Assembly: GCF_964204645.1 (NCBI RefSeq)
Contig: NC_134025.1
Location: 11,656,001 to 11,720,000, forward strand
DNA: 64,000 nt
Direction: 5' to 3'
Source of the DNA: Tubulanus polymorphus
Lineage: Eukaryota > Animalia > Nemertea
In this document: positions 1 to 14,500 of the stretch, piece by piece
Layout: every line of letters begins with the position of its first letter
Numbering within the stretch: position 1 is the first letter of the stretch
Position numbers and translations under genes: made by a program
The notes under the pieces: model-generated
What the model was told of the DNA's origin: nothing
Seen by the model: only the letters and a program-made list of their open reading frames with translations
Database searches by the model: none

Positions 1-442
1 GAATAGATCAAAACCTAATTAGTTCGTTCTAAAAAAGTACACCTCTGGTCTCATGTAAGAAGAAGGTTCCACTGTATACACATCAATGCTTTCTTTTTGG
101 ATATTTTAAAGTGATGGTATCAGCCTTCATAGTTTAGATATTAGCAATGAGTGATGCAAAGTTCTGAGCTCATGATAAAAACTTATCCCTAGATTTATAT
201 AATTTTTCGCAATTTGTCATTGTACCGTCTTGGTAACGAATGACACTTTGTACTATTAGAAATAAAAAATGAAGATTCATGCGTGTTTTTCGCATGACAG
301 CAACAGCTTGCGTATAATCGAAAATCCATTCATTGTTTATCAATATAAAAAATACATTTATTTTTTATCAATGTTGATCTTTTTGCTGTAATAAATGCAG
401 TTTTTGTACATGTGCCATCTACATTAATCTATATATTTTCAG

Positions 443-605
443 GCCATTTCCGATGTTTGATTTAAGTCTCATCGCTGAAAATGACACGCCTCTCACGAAG
501 AAACTCAGTCAAGTGGATATTATTCATCACTACGTAAAAAGATATTGTGCTCTATTCGAGGAACATTTCTATAAAGCCAAATGGGGGCAAGGAACTTCAC
601 AATAG
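443..605 (+). CDS. Probable terminal coding exon of an unidentified upstream gene, convergent with SF3B2
   Basis: Acceptor tattttcag| at 442, then a stop-free frame (PFPMFDLSLIAENDTPLTKKLSQVDIIHHYVKRYCALFEEHFYKAKWGQGTSQ*) ending TAG at 603-605; AATAAA near 714 and 879. Family not recognised. Confidence 0.5.
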
Positions 606-1260
606 ATGATTGTAGCGTACATTTTGCCTTTCTCCGTAGCATCGAGACTGTAAATAATTCAGAGTTGACTAGGCCTACATGCCAAGTTGAGAATGAGGGG
701 TGTAGTTTATCCAAATAAAGTTTTTGGAAAATGCACCAACTTGGACAGTTTACCAAAAAGGCTTGTGAAGTTTACTGAATTGTCGAGACCGATACATTTG
801 TTACACCGTATTATGACGTTTATTAGCAACTTTTTTGTTAATTCTATACACATAGTTTATGTACATATCAGAATTATAAATAAACTTTATTTTCCATGAA
901 TTCGAGTTGCATTGTCGATTGTTTGACGGGATCATTCATAAGTTACATCCATTTCCAAGAGAAGCCGATGACCCCTAAGCTTAGTTGGAATGCACACTGG
1001 GTTGTTCAAGGAACGCAGTGGAATTTGAAAATTAGCAATGAAGGTCTGGCATATTGTTCTGATTAACAAATCTTTATGATCATTTGAGGATTTTTACTTA
1101 TTTCGAACTCATTAAAAAGTAATGATGGAATTAATGGATGATAGATTTCAAGGATGAAGATGCCTTAGAGGATATAAGGATATGCATATGAATAGGATTA
1201 TTTATATGGCGTCTCATTCAAAACAGAAAATCCTTTGGAAGTTGCTTGAAACTCCATCTT

Positions 1261-1400
1261 GGGGTCATTCATTTATCACGTACGCAATAGGGGAGGGGTC
1301 AGTGCGTGCAATTGCGTACTGTAGTGCTTAATGTATACGAAAAAATGGCAAATTTTGCATACAGAGGGGGGTTGAAAAACCAAGCTCTTCATACATGACC
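1261..1400. mobile_element. PIF/Harbinger-like MITE, degenerate copy of the 12978-13134 family
   Basis: Starts ggggtcattcatttatcacgtacgca; internal sequence matches 12978-13134; right end decayed. Confidence 0.65.
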
Positions 1401-1807
1401 TTTACACATGCCTTCGTAGTTCTGCCACATCGATTAAAAAGAAACAAGCAAAGATTTTCTCGCCAAGAAGATTTATTACCATGTTGAATATTCACAAATT
1501 TTCTTTATCATTTTAATGGCATAAATATTACTCATCAATCTTGTCCATGATAACATATAGCAATTATGAATTACCCAGTAGTATCCATATATGTACAGTT
1601 GTATACGAGTAAAAACTTTAGCATAATTTATTTACACAATGTATTTCAAAGGGAGTGGTTCGAACACAAATGAAACGAACCCTCATATAAATGAACACGT
1701 GTAAGGTATCTAAGTAATGTCCACTTTTCAATATTTGATTCGTTCACCTTTGACCACACATCTACATGTGAAATGTCTTAATCCACAAAAATATCCAGTA
1801 ACGACAA

Positions 1808-4800
1808 CTAGAATTTGAATTCTTTGTATTTTTTTGCAGCTTTGCCAGATTCTTGTTGCTGTTTCTTCCGTTTCTATAAACAAACAAAGAGTTGGACATA
1901 CATTAATGACAAAGTACCTGGTAGTTATAGATTAGAGTGGTGGTAAAATCTGAAAATGTTCATTTTACCCCAAAGCAAACAGTTAGCTTATTTTAATATA
2001 GAAGATTCACACACTTCAATATTTCAAAACGATATCTATAGACATATTGTATTGCTGAAGATGACTAAATAGGATTTAGGATAAAGTCGAAACGTTGAAA
2101 TAAACCATTCACTCAAGGAAACCTTACGGACTCTTTCTTCGTGAGGAATTTAGATACTAGCGTTACAACATTGATAGTGTTTTTTCATCAACGGATAATT
2201 TTGTTGAATTAATAAGCGCCAAATAGTGTAAGCATACCTTCGTTTGTTTGGCCTGATGTTCGGCCACCATATCGCTTAGATCTTCTTTTTCGAGTTGTGA
2301 CTGTTGTTCTTTCAACGTTTCTTCGTATTTTGCTTGCATCGCGGCCGTGTCTAAATCTAACTCTTCAGGGTTAAGGGCCACCTCAACTCCTTCAGAAGCC
2401 AGTCGATCCTTTTTAGCGGCAACCTGTGAACATAACGTGATTTTAGAGAATATTTACATACGAATATACAAAAAATCTTACGCACTGAGGAGATTAATAA
2501 GAGTGTTCATGAAGTACGCATGCGAGCAGCAGCTAGAATGACAAAACTGCTTACATAGCTTGGTAGCTATTTACATTACGCGTCTGAACTCTATGATTGA
2601 TATATTATCTCTAATGATGTTGCCGAATGTAAATGCATAAAAAAGTTATGTAAATGGTCTTGTTTATTGTTGCATTTTTGGGTTGTTAGTCTATTTCATA
2701 ATAGAGTAGATCTCGACGGACATATGACTTTCAAGTCATGGTAATATATGTGTTCACGAGGAAGGAGGTCATCATCCTTACAGTACATTATGTATACATA
2801 AGCTAGGAAATTCAAAATCTGTTCCTTTTTTTTATGCACGTACATAATATCTGCATGTATCATAATTTTGTAATGATAACATCCTGACGATGACTATGAG
2901 AATATAGTTGAAATGCTGAAAATATATTGAATATATGAATATACACGGACAGCGTTACATCGATGGTACATAATGAACACTCCCTGACAATACAGATGAC
3001 AACCTCGCCTCCCAGAGTTGCTTGTTCTAACCAAGTCTCGACACACTGCCAACATGTTTGAACAGCCATGTACTTACAGCCGTAACATCGTAGACATGCG
3101 CGGAACCCATCATCGCGGCGCCGACTGTCGTTTTCTTCTCGGGTAACACTTGGTAAAGTTGCGGCGTCTCGCCACCTTCCATTAGATCCTCAATCTTCTT
3201 CTTACGCAACTCGATCATGTCCGGCGTTTCCATTCCGGCAGGTATCGAACTCAAACCGCTCGGTGTTATGCCGCTGTAAATAAACGAGATATACAATATC
3301 AACCACTACACTTTATAGCTTTGATTTTCTGACTTGCCTGCAGTACAGTAAACTTCACTTATAAACACATCATTGGATTATAAGTCATCACATTCAGTCA
3401 ACCTAACTTAAGTCATCCATCTCTATTTTGAGTCCCAATTAGTATTTCCATTTCAATTCACTAAGTATTAGTCATGATTTGGATAAGTAAAGATCATGAT
3501 CTATTGCAACGTCTACTGCACATACAATAGCACTTCGTTGCAGTAATGTATTTCTTAAACACGTCTGCCCATAATTTGCAAAATATACATGTATACGAAA
3601 GATACATCAAGTTGTAATATGTATTTATGGCATCATGCTTAAAAGGAGAATTAAGCCATATGAACACCCTTGTAATGTCTGGTATTATCCTTGTGTAGGT
3701 TCTTGTTTTTATAAGCAATGTTGGTTTGGGTACGTATTTCCTACATCATCGCAGGAATATGGAGTGGCAGCAGGGGATAAACAAGCTGGCACAACTGCGT
3801 GGTTTCGTGAGACAGGGCAAGATATCTGTGGTGCAGATTTCAATTGCTTAAGTTGAATATTTTCGTGAGAACACGACAGATATGACAATTTAAGAATTCG
3901 TACCCATCAGCTGGAGTAATGAGACCAGTTTTGTCCGGTTCTTCCTCTTCCTCCTCTTCTTCTTCTTCACTCTCTTCTTCCGACTCGGATTCAGATTCCA
4001 TCTCGCCCCATAATGTCTTATCAACCTCTTCCTCTTGAACTGGAACCTAGAACGACGGTCGCAAACACTATATTGTTATGAATAATGCACTTTTTCAGAG
4101 TTAGTACCATAGTGCTTAAGTTATTCTTTCAACAAAATCAGATTGTCATACATTAAATGCAGAAATTTTGAGGGCTTCAAGTAAATTTCTATTTTCATAT
4201 TTGCGTACAGAGAAGGGAGAAAAATCAAAGAAATTTTGCCCATGATCCAAAAAATAAATAGGCTTAGATGATCCTTAACCATTTCATAAGATGATTTCAT
4301 AAGAAACGAAATAAACATCTTAAGATTTTGTTATTTAAAGCTAAAAGTATGAGTCGGTTCAGAAAAGGACTCAGGTAATAGAGAAGCATTTTTTATACGT
4401 TAGAAGTACAAAATATCCAAAATGAGGTAAGCCTGGCTCCTGGTTCAAAAACAGAAGGGCTTTCTGATTTGATCGGGTTCAGTTAAGACAAATGCATATT
4501 TTGATAATTAGAATGCGTCCAGATATACGAAAGAATACTGGCAGTTATTTAGGCTACATACTTGTAATTCTTGAGTAGTCGTTCCGAACACATCTCCATA
4601 CAATGGTTTACCAGTCTCGTCGACGGGTGGTTTACCCCATCCACCAGCGTGATAACCAAATGAACAAGACTGGAAATATCATAAATCACCATAAATATCA
4701 TTGATCTGGATAATAAGGATATACACTTTTACCTGGGACTGTCAGATTATATACAAGAAACAAGAGTGTCTTAGTCACGCCAAAACCAAATCCACTGAGA

Positions 4801-7800
4801 GGAACAACACTTTGGCTGGCCGAGTCAACCAACCCTGCCATTCAATCAGTCATCTCAATCAATATGGCAACACTCAGGATCAGTCTTCGAGGTACTATAC
4901 CACTCAAACATTTTCATCAGCTGCGGGGGACGCCATCAAATTCACAAAATTTACTGAGTCACAGAGCTGATTCATTCAGTCACGTCTGAGCTAACAGAGG
5001 TTCAATAAAACAGCAGATTTTGGTCCAACCGATTCTAACTATCTCTGTCTGAAGAATATTCTCATGCAAGAACAGACCGTCAAAGTCACTACTGTTAAAA
5101 TCTCTTTATTGTGACTAAATGTGATCGAAAAATAACAGATACCAAATACAAAGACATAGACCTTTTACAAAATGACGATATTCTTAAAACTTCAATATAC
5201 TTACATCGGGAATAGGCGCATTGAGGCCAGGAATTTTCAGGTTGGGATATGATGGCGGAGGCCCGTATCTTTGCATGGCTATCAACCATGGAGGGGGAAT
5301 CTTATCCGCACTCTAAAAAGAAGAAACTTTGTTCATCAGATGACATAGACTAGAACTACACTGTAAGTAACTCAACAATCGTATAACAGCGAAGTAGGTA
5401 CACACAGGCAAACAGATTGATGATCATCAGCAATTAGAAAATGAAACGTGGTTTGTGAAATGTGCTTTTTAATTCTAGTTTTCCATACATATTTTCACAG
5501 TACATGTACAATACATGTATAGTGAGGGAGCCATGATAGTTATTTATCATTATATGGATAGATTGAAATAAAACTTCCTTGATATTAACACAGCTTGCGC
5601 AAATATGACCTTGTACGCAAGAGGTTAACGAACAATTATCTTGAATTTTTACATTTCATCATCATATTTATTCAGATTTTCACTTTGATGAGACCCCTGC
5701 TATTGCTACAAAATATCCCGATCCCCTGGAATTACTCTGGAATGGGTGTAAACTTACAGATCCGATGGGCATGCCTAGAGCTGTTCGCAGATCGTCCGAA
5801 AGATTACCAGGCTTTTTCTCTTTCAACCGAGTTTCGAATTCTTTCCCCTGAAAATAATAAGATCACGCTTTAAGAAAATGACATCAGACTTAAACATTTT
5901 GTGAACTGGTTACCGAGGGGAAAAGCTTTTTAATAACTGCGGTTATGAAGCGAAGAAAAACCTTCCTAATTACCAGCAAAACGTAGTAAAATAATAACAT
6001 AGGTATTTCTGAATCACTTGTATTACAAGATAGATTTTTGTCTAGAACGAAAGCGAGTATGATTTCAATTACTGGTAATGAACCTTTGAACTATATTAAA
6101 ACAAATAACAATGGAACGGGATGCTGCCTTTCCATGTTTTACCCGCAACTAAAATTTCGGCAGTCCACTAATACTTCAGTAGCATACCTCATAATAGAGA
6201 TCGCCGTGAATCGTCATTTTCGGTTTCGTCAACCACCTAAAGAACGCGTCGTGTAATTTCTGATAATCGATGTCGATTTTACCCATTTTCGGTCGGACTT
6301 TCTCTCTCATCTTCTGCTTCATCGATTTCTGATCTTCCTGTAAAAGTACATATAAACATGAGTATTAGAAAACGATAATAAATACCAACGCGGGTATGGA
6401 GACATCTGTAATCCAACATTGATAACAACTGAATCGACTAAAACATTTTGCGAATGGCTTCATCATCTATTATGCTCCAAATATTCAATCATTATACAGT
6501 GGAACCCCGAGTAGAATGATACATTGATGGTTTTCAAAAACCTAGAATTTTGTACCAAAATAGGAAGATTTTTTAACTTGATATTAAAAACCATCGGTTA
6601 CAAGAAAACAATTTTATGGTTCCTTTAGAATTCCGTTAGCCTAGTTTGTTGTAATGGGGTTTCACTGTACTGGTACCAATCTCCAGAGAAACCACCTGGG
6701 CCCGGTTTCACAGACTGGTATCAAAGTTATCCCCAAATCTGGGTAATAACCACCATAATAACAATGAGAAACCATGGCTATAACCGATAAATTTCAAAAT
6801 GTTCCCAGGGACTATTTTGCTTCGGCATCTATGAAACCCAGTCCTAGATTCTAACCTGATGATTGACTGACATTTCATTCAACATGGTTTGTGTACAGTA
6901 CTCCTAAAATTCATTACCTTTTCTTGTAACGCCTCTCTCATTTCCATGATACCAGTAGCTTTGATGTATGCAGGCAGTTCGAAAGGTGGCTTTTCGATAC
7001 CACGTTTGCCTTGCAGATATTTTCGTTTGAAACACCAATGTCGCGGTACGGGAACCGTATTACGAGTAGCCTACGGTAGGTCAAACAAATTCAATTAAGT
7101 TAACAGTAGAATATCGAAAAAAATATTGAACTTATGTCTCAACTTATTAAAAGAATTAATTGGTTTAGAAGATACTCGAATGAGAAACAGTCTTCTTCAA
7201 CCTAAAATATCGCCCCTCTAAAAACGTACCTTCAATGCGACAAGAAGTTTTGGATCTTGAGCAGTTACATCATGCATCTCCACAACATCTGGTCTACTAA
7301 CAAGCTAGAAATAAAATACAACAGCAATTACTCACTCAACTCACATTAGTTTCTTCATATAAGCTTCCGTTAAGAAAATGCTTAATAATAATAATTACAC
7401 TAAACGACCTATCAAATAAGGAAACCAGAAAAAAAGCTTCCATATTCAATGCCATAGTCGACGTGAGGTCACCCTTTGATGTCTGTGAATGGCATGATTT
7501 GAGCATTCCTAGAGCCAGCCCCACTGGATACATGCATAAAAATTGCAGATGCTTTGACGCATTTCCAAAGTTCTCGGCAAAGTTCAGTTTCAATGTGTCT
7601 AAGAATCTTAACCGTGAACTATGGAACCATGTTCCAACTACTAGAATTAGTTTCAAGCCAGTAATTCGAGATGATTTTGCGTACCTGTTTCAATTCTGCA
7701 ACGCTCAGTCGATTCATTTTCTTTAACTTTTTCTTCGACATTTTCGGTTTGCCATCATCCACCTGCGATGCAACAAAATATTTTGCTATGAATACATTTC

Positions 7801-8487
7801 TCGATATAAACACATTGGATCCCTTCAGCGTTAGCATAAGTAAATAGTATTTACTTAAAATCTCAATAACTAGTGAATTAACGATTTAAAAGGCAGCACG
7901 ACTAGCTACAAAAAGAACCATCGTCCCATTCTTCCATGACGGGATCAGAACATCGTGGCATCATAATTCTGCCATTCTAGGAACCCATACACCAGGAGAA
8001 TGGCCATACAAATAGCTGCATACCCAGTTTACTAGGAAAGTCTTGATGTCATCGAGTACAAATACCCTTCATGCAGGATACCATTTACTAAGAATTCAGC
8101 TACGGAATCAAGGACTACAACTGTAAATCACCATATACAGTTACCGAAAAGCCATTGACAAATAATCCAGCCCGGAGAATCCGCTGAAAGATTTATTATT
8201 CTATAAGCCATACCTCTTCCTCTTCTTCTAAAACATCAACCATGTCCATAAGATGTTTACCCTTGGTTATTTCCTCTTTTTTCGTCTCTTCCTTTTTTCC
8301 GTCCTCAGATTTATTCGCTAGTTTTGAATTGTCCGTATCAGTTATCTACAGAATTAAGAAGAGAACTTGATTGCACCATTCATAAAAGACGCATTCAAAT
8401 ACGCTTAACCCTTATGCCGGCATAATCCACTGACCCTATACTGTGTTTAGCCCACAGTGGGGAGTATCAGTGTTATTTTTGAAAGGT

Positions 8488-8548
<61 letters not shown>

Positions 8549-11500
8549 CCTGTCAAACATAGTGTATGATTTTAGTACACAACTGATACACCACACTACT
8601 AGGTAGACACAACAGAGTGGGACAACAAGTGAAATTTTCAAAAAAGATTTGATTTTCTCGAGCAGCTCAAGTGGAAAACTGTCAGCACCGAATAGATTAA
8701 CCTTCTGCTGTCTAGATTCCCCCGCCCTATTCTCATTTAACCAGCGCATTCTGCTGCCCTTTTCATCTCTATCTTTTATACTAGTACATAGATTCAATTG
8801 GGACATGAACCAACTAAACACAATAGGACATCGTTGATAAATGATCAAAAGTACACTCCCTAAGAATTACATGTAGTTGAAGCAGTACTATAAATTTCCT
8901 ACGTGCTATTCGGTTTAAGGCTAAAGTTTAAAATTCATATTATTTTGAACAAAATACAATAGATATGCACCTTGCTCAATATGAACACCGAAGTTTATGT
9001 CCAAATAGCGTATTCTTAGTCGAGCAAGTTTTATTGTACATAAACTGTGAAAATATTTCAAATGACTGTACCTTAAAATTTTCAAGAATGCGTGCAAACT
9101 GGTAATACATAGGATCAGTATAAGCGAAGTCCAGGCTCTCTGGAATATACCTAAAGAATATGAGATTTAAATTAATTCTCTATCATGCAACTATAGAATC
9201 GACCATTGAATTGAAAGAAAAATGAAGAATTGCATGGACAAAAGATGAAATTCAAGTTTTTAAGCAACATTCTTTAATTATCAATAAACATTGTGGAGAA
9301 TGCTGGAGCCATGAAGAAAGTGGGTGAACAGGCTTTAGGCCATCTGTCCCCTTCTTTGCAAAATGGTCTTCCAAGAAATATAATGGACTGTCCAAATGTT
9401 TCTACTTATAAGCCAGTCACGCCTAAAAACGTAAATGTTTCAATCTGTTCTTAATTAGTTTAATCATCTTTTCTACTATGACTTCCGGTCCAAATACTCA
9501 GCCTGAACAATATTCTGACGAAATAAACAAACTGACAAATCTATGACAATCTAAGACGAATAAAACACGATTGGATTATATGAAACAGATGCCTCTGTCG
9601 ATCTACATACAGGCAGATGAATGGCCGCTAAAAACTCACTCGATTTCAACTTCGTCTTCCGGATTTTCTTTGTCCTTCTCTTTTTCCATTTCGATTTCGT
9701 CTTCATCGATGGTTTCAAAAATGACCGGCTGTTTTTTCAGTTCCTCCAACTTTCTTTCCTTCGCCCGTTTTTTCTTCTTCTTTTTGCGTTGATTCTTTGA
9801 CTGAAAAGAAAAAAACCAACCATTTAAGGCCGCGAGCAAATAAATGACAAAATTTTCCCTGTTTACTGCAGCTGTACGCAACTTGTTAGACAATCAGGTT
9901 GAATCTACCTAAAACAGCATCACAGCTTGTGTACTTAGTATATAAATGAATTTTTTATACTCTACCTCCAGAAATCAAGAAATCAAACTAAAATACCAGA
10001 AATCAAACTACTTTAGACCTATTCTAAACTAGAAAACTATATAACAGGGTTCCTGCACTTGGCTATAAACAAAATTCCAGGTTTTTCCAGGAGCGAGTTT
10101 TCCAGGATAAATCCTCCATTTTCCAGGATATTTCTAGACTTTTTGAGAATCATTAACAATAGATCGACACGCAAAAACCGTAAAGTTTCCCAAGTCTCTG
10201 TTTATAACGCATTCACATTAGTAAGTGTTGGGTAAATCCTCTAAGTCCAGAAATTAGATGCCTGCGCATGTGTCGCTACATGTGTATTTTTTTCTAAACT
10301 GGGTCATGTCAGCACGCTGAAACATAGAACTATATATAGTTCACGCAGGTTCATTCCGTTATATAACGGAATGAACCTGCTTAGAACTTTTCCGGAGCGG
10401 GAAGGCACAGTTTGTTTGGTCACTTAAGAGGATCATTTGTATATTTGGGGATGACAGGTGTTCAAGAGGTCTTGCTGTAAGCTATATATCGGTATATTAA
10501 AAAGAACGAATGTATTTCTCTGTTACGCATTCCGGATTCAAACCTTATAGCACATACAAGTAAACCCTGGGTCTATCAAAGTTCATTATTTCATATTCGG
10601 GATGCTGTAACTTTTTTACTCGGCAAACAAAAACCAGCGACCCTTAGATCATCAAAGGTCATGTCGCAATGCTTGCAATACGATCAGTAATTTTCGGAAT
10701 TCGAACCTGATACTAGCGTTGGAAACTACAGCCACTTGTAGTCATTGAAGTTCACATGCTGTTCACATGTAGTGCCGCATGCGCAATGTGCCGATTTCTC
10801 GACTTAGAGCATTTCCCAGCACTGACTAATGCGCATGCGTTAGCTAGAAACGGAGACTTGGGAAACTTTACAGTTTTTTGACGGCGCACGCCATTCTCAC
10901 TTCCGGGTTGAAATTCTTTCACGTGGATATACACTTATGGCAAAATCCGGACATGCAGACCCGATACCGGACAGCCCTGACATGAAAGATCGCAAAACAT
11001 CGTAGATCCACAGCTTCAAAATTTATTTTTGATCACAAACTGCCACATTCCCAGGAGTTTCCTGGATCTGACTCTAAATTGTCAAAATTTAAGGATTTTC
11101 CAGTCCTGGAAAAACATTTTCTCAATTTCCAGGATTTTCCAGGAATTCAAGGACCCGCAGGAACCCTGTATAATTTCCAAATTTTTCTTTAAATGACACA
11201 AAATTACTGATTGACGTTTTGCTTCTCACCGCATTAGGATTCAGAGACCAAATGCCACAGTAATGGAAGGAATGTTCTGATGATAACTTCATTGAGGATG
11301 AACTTCTCTTTTGGCCGATATATAATGCTGTATTTCCTTAGTTTGAATACTTTATGAAATTTAAGTCTTCTTTTGTAGAGATGGTAACAATAAAATATGT
11401 GGTTAAGTATTATATTTAGTTTACTCTTAGAATTGAATTGGTCTGTTACTCTTATGCTAGTAGTAGAGCCACCTATACGGGAACCTCATATTATAAAGAT

Positions 11501-14500
11501 CTCAGATAGGCCTATTACGATTTATTGGTTACTACAAACCTAGAATTTCATCCTGAGTAGGTGAAATCTAATTATGTCATGCTGGATAATCATAACAAAC
11601 TATTGGTTATAATGTTCAAACACATTTTTTGATATCCTGAAATTCGTTGAAACGAGGTTCCACTTAGTTAGAATTATACGAGCTTTGTACTTGTTATTCA
11701 TTTTTCTCATATCGTGACCATTTTCTGTTAGTATCGCTTCTCCGTAAATTCATTGCATGTATTTTTGTTATAAACCATGGAGCGATAAAAATTCAAGTTC
11801 AAGTTTGTATAATTATGAACAACGCGCAAATAAAAATGAGCAGGTATATTTCGACTACATTTACCTCTTTCGTTTTTTTCGTGGGTTTTTCTACGACCAC
11901 TTCTTCCTCTTCTTCATCGTCGTCGATATCATACCCGGTATCAGGAATTTCGGGTTCTTCGTCGGCTCCGGCGGCTGAAACGTGAATACCACGCGATAAA
12001 GCGATGTGAAAATCTTTTCCCAGTCTCCCGAGCAAACTCGGGGTCCATGGACACCATGCCTATGATTTATGAGTAATTAGTTTGATGTATTTAGTTAAGT
12101 GCAAGTCATTGAGTTATGATTTTGTGACTATCTGCTCGACTCAGTTGAAAATTAACGTATGTCTCTAACAATCACATAGATAGGGCCTTTTTTAATAGCT
12201 TGGCTAATGGGGAATACCTATCCAAAAATCATTTCGGCGAAATAAATTTTTCTTTAATACTTCCCTTAGCGAGATAAAATCATTATGCAAAGGAGGAGAG
12301 AACTGTCGATAGTGCGATCCATAAGTGCAAACAAAAGATTCTTGGAACGTCGAAACCGTGCCCAATGCGATCAAAAAGAACCTTGTGTTTATAAATTTTT
12401 CAGCTGGGAATAATTTGGCGGTACAAAAAAACGAAAAAGTTTTTTTCGCTCATTGTTTTAACGAATTTGTTACCACGGATGGTAATAAATGGAAAAATAA
12501 AATCTATTTTCAATTGAAATTACGGCGAAGGTCAAGTTGAATCAATCAATAATAACAGCTTACTTCTAGGAATGTGATGAATATCATCTGGATTGACACC
12601 GATCTGTTGAGCACGTTCATATTTAAACGCCAGAACTTTATCCAATGCTGTAGGTAACTTAATGATATCTTCATCTTCATCGCCTTCTTCCTCGTGCAGC
12701 TGAAATGGCAAAAAATACCACCGTTAAACCTTTTAAATGTGAACATGTTTGGTCACGGACATTAAAAATGTACATATTACAGAGGAGTTCATATCATTGA
12801 GGTTTTCGAACAGATGTCTCCAAGTAAGAACTAAAATGCAAATACCAGGGTAAACTCTTGTCAAACTTCTATTTTGACCTTAATTTTTTATGGAGTTACC
12901 TGAATACTGACTAAGAGATCAGGGAATTTAGGATTTTTGTCTTTAATAAAGATCATCAAACATTAAATATACACTTAGGGGTCATTCATTTATTACGTAC
13001 GCATTAGGGGAGGGGGGAGGGGTCAGTGCAATTGCGTACTGTAATGCTTAATGTATATGAAAAATGGCCGATTTTGCGTACAGAGGGGGTTGGAAAATTC
13101 AAATCTTATGCGTACGTAATAAATGAATGATCCCTTATGACAATTTTCATGACATTTGATTATTTTCATGGTGGTGCCACAAGCTTTTTCTTTTTACTTT
13201 CGCTAGCCTTCAGAGTCTTATTTTATAGCGTGTCTTTTAAAGAGTTTACATTCGAAAAGAAAACATGTAGCCTAACTTTATTGTGGATTGATCGTCAAAT
13301 TACATCGGATCACAGGGAAAGCAGAGATTTATCCTCATATATACTCATAGAGTAGTACCTATCTCTATCGGCACAAGGTGGGCTTCAAATTTACCGTGTT
13401 AGCCGGAGCAGCAGATGGATTTTATCATAGAATCCACCGAGTAAGGCGGTTTACTGAGTAGAGCAGTACTGAGTAGGGCAAAGTTAAGCATAGGAATCGG
13501 AAAAATTTTACGGAATTTCATCGACGCGGCCGGTTTACTGAGTCAACCAGTACCAAGTACGGCGGAGTGGAGTCTACAATAGATACCAACCTAATAATTA
13601 CTGATTAGTGTGCATCTAAAGCTTACTTTGGGTGTTATTCATGACTTGCGTAGGGGAGTTTCAATATGTATGAAACCTTATGATATTGCTGGATAGCGTT
13701 TTTACCCAGCTCTTGGTATCTGAACGGGCGTTAGAAGTTATGACGCAAGAAGTACAGGTAATTGCTTTGTAATTTCGCCACAAATACCGGTATGCTCAAG
13801 ATATGAAGGGAAACCTAGCTGGACCGGAAAGCATGATCATATCTAACCAAAAAAACTTCAAGCATATCTTGCTATTTGCATTCCATTCATAAATGGTTTA
13901 GGTTCATATAAGTTATTTTCTTTTCACACGAACAAATATAATCTACATATTTTTCACCTCACTTTAAGGTATTTAGGTACTTACAGGCATTTGCGGTGGT
14001 CTGGTCTCGATTGACATCAGTGGCACTGGTTTGATTTCTTCCGACTTTGAAGCCATTCCTTGTTGGCCCATGCTATTTGGAATGTCATTCATCTGTATAG
14101 CCTGAGATCCCATAGCCGAATTTGGTGGTGGACCAGACATCTGCCCATAATCACCCATAGGACCACCCATCATGGCCATCGAGCCCATACCACCTATCTG
14201 TCCTGGAGGACCTTGCATTTGGTGGCTTGGAGGGCCTGACGCCATTCCCATGTTCATGCCCATGGGCTGAGAAGTTGGGGGTGCAAACTGTTCCATCTGA
14301 TTGGGCATTGATGTCGGTGCCTGACCCATGTGGGACATTCCTGGTGGTGGCGGCATTCCTGGTGGACCGGGCATCGCAGGTGGTGGTGGCACAGACATTG
14401 TAGATTGCGAGGGACCAGGCATCCCAGGTGGCGGACCTGACATTCCTGGAGGACCAGGCATAGATGGTGGTGGTGGCACTGACATAGCTGACTGTGGCGG

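Noticed and set aside
3635-3856. 73-aa Cys/Trp-rich + strand ORF
   Set aside because: Intronic and antisense, with no splice or family support.
4870-4920. C/D box snoRNA (TGATGA...CTGA on the minus strand)
   Set aside because: Boxes only about 40-45 nt apart, no terminal stem, and no recognisable rRNA guide.
8447-8848. 133-aa ORF with a poly-Cys run
   Set aside because: It is the translation of the intronic (TGC)n microsatellite; SF3B2 exons chain in phase without it.
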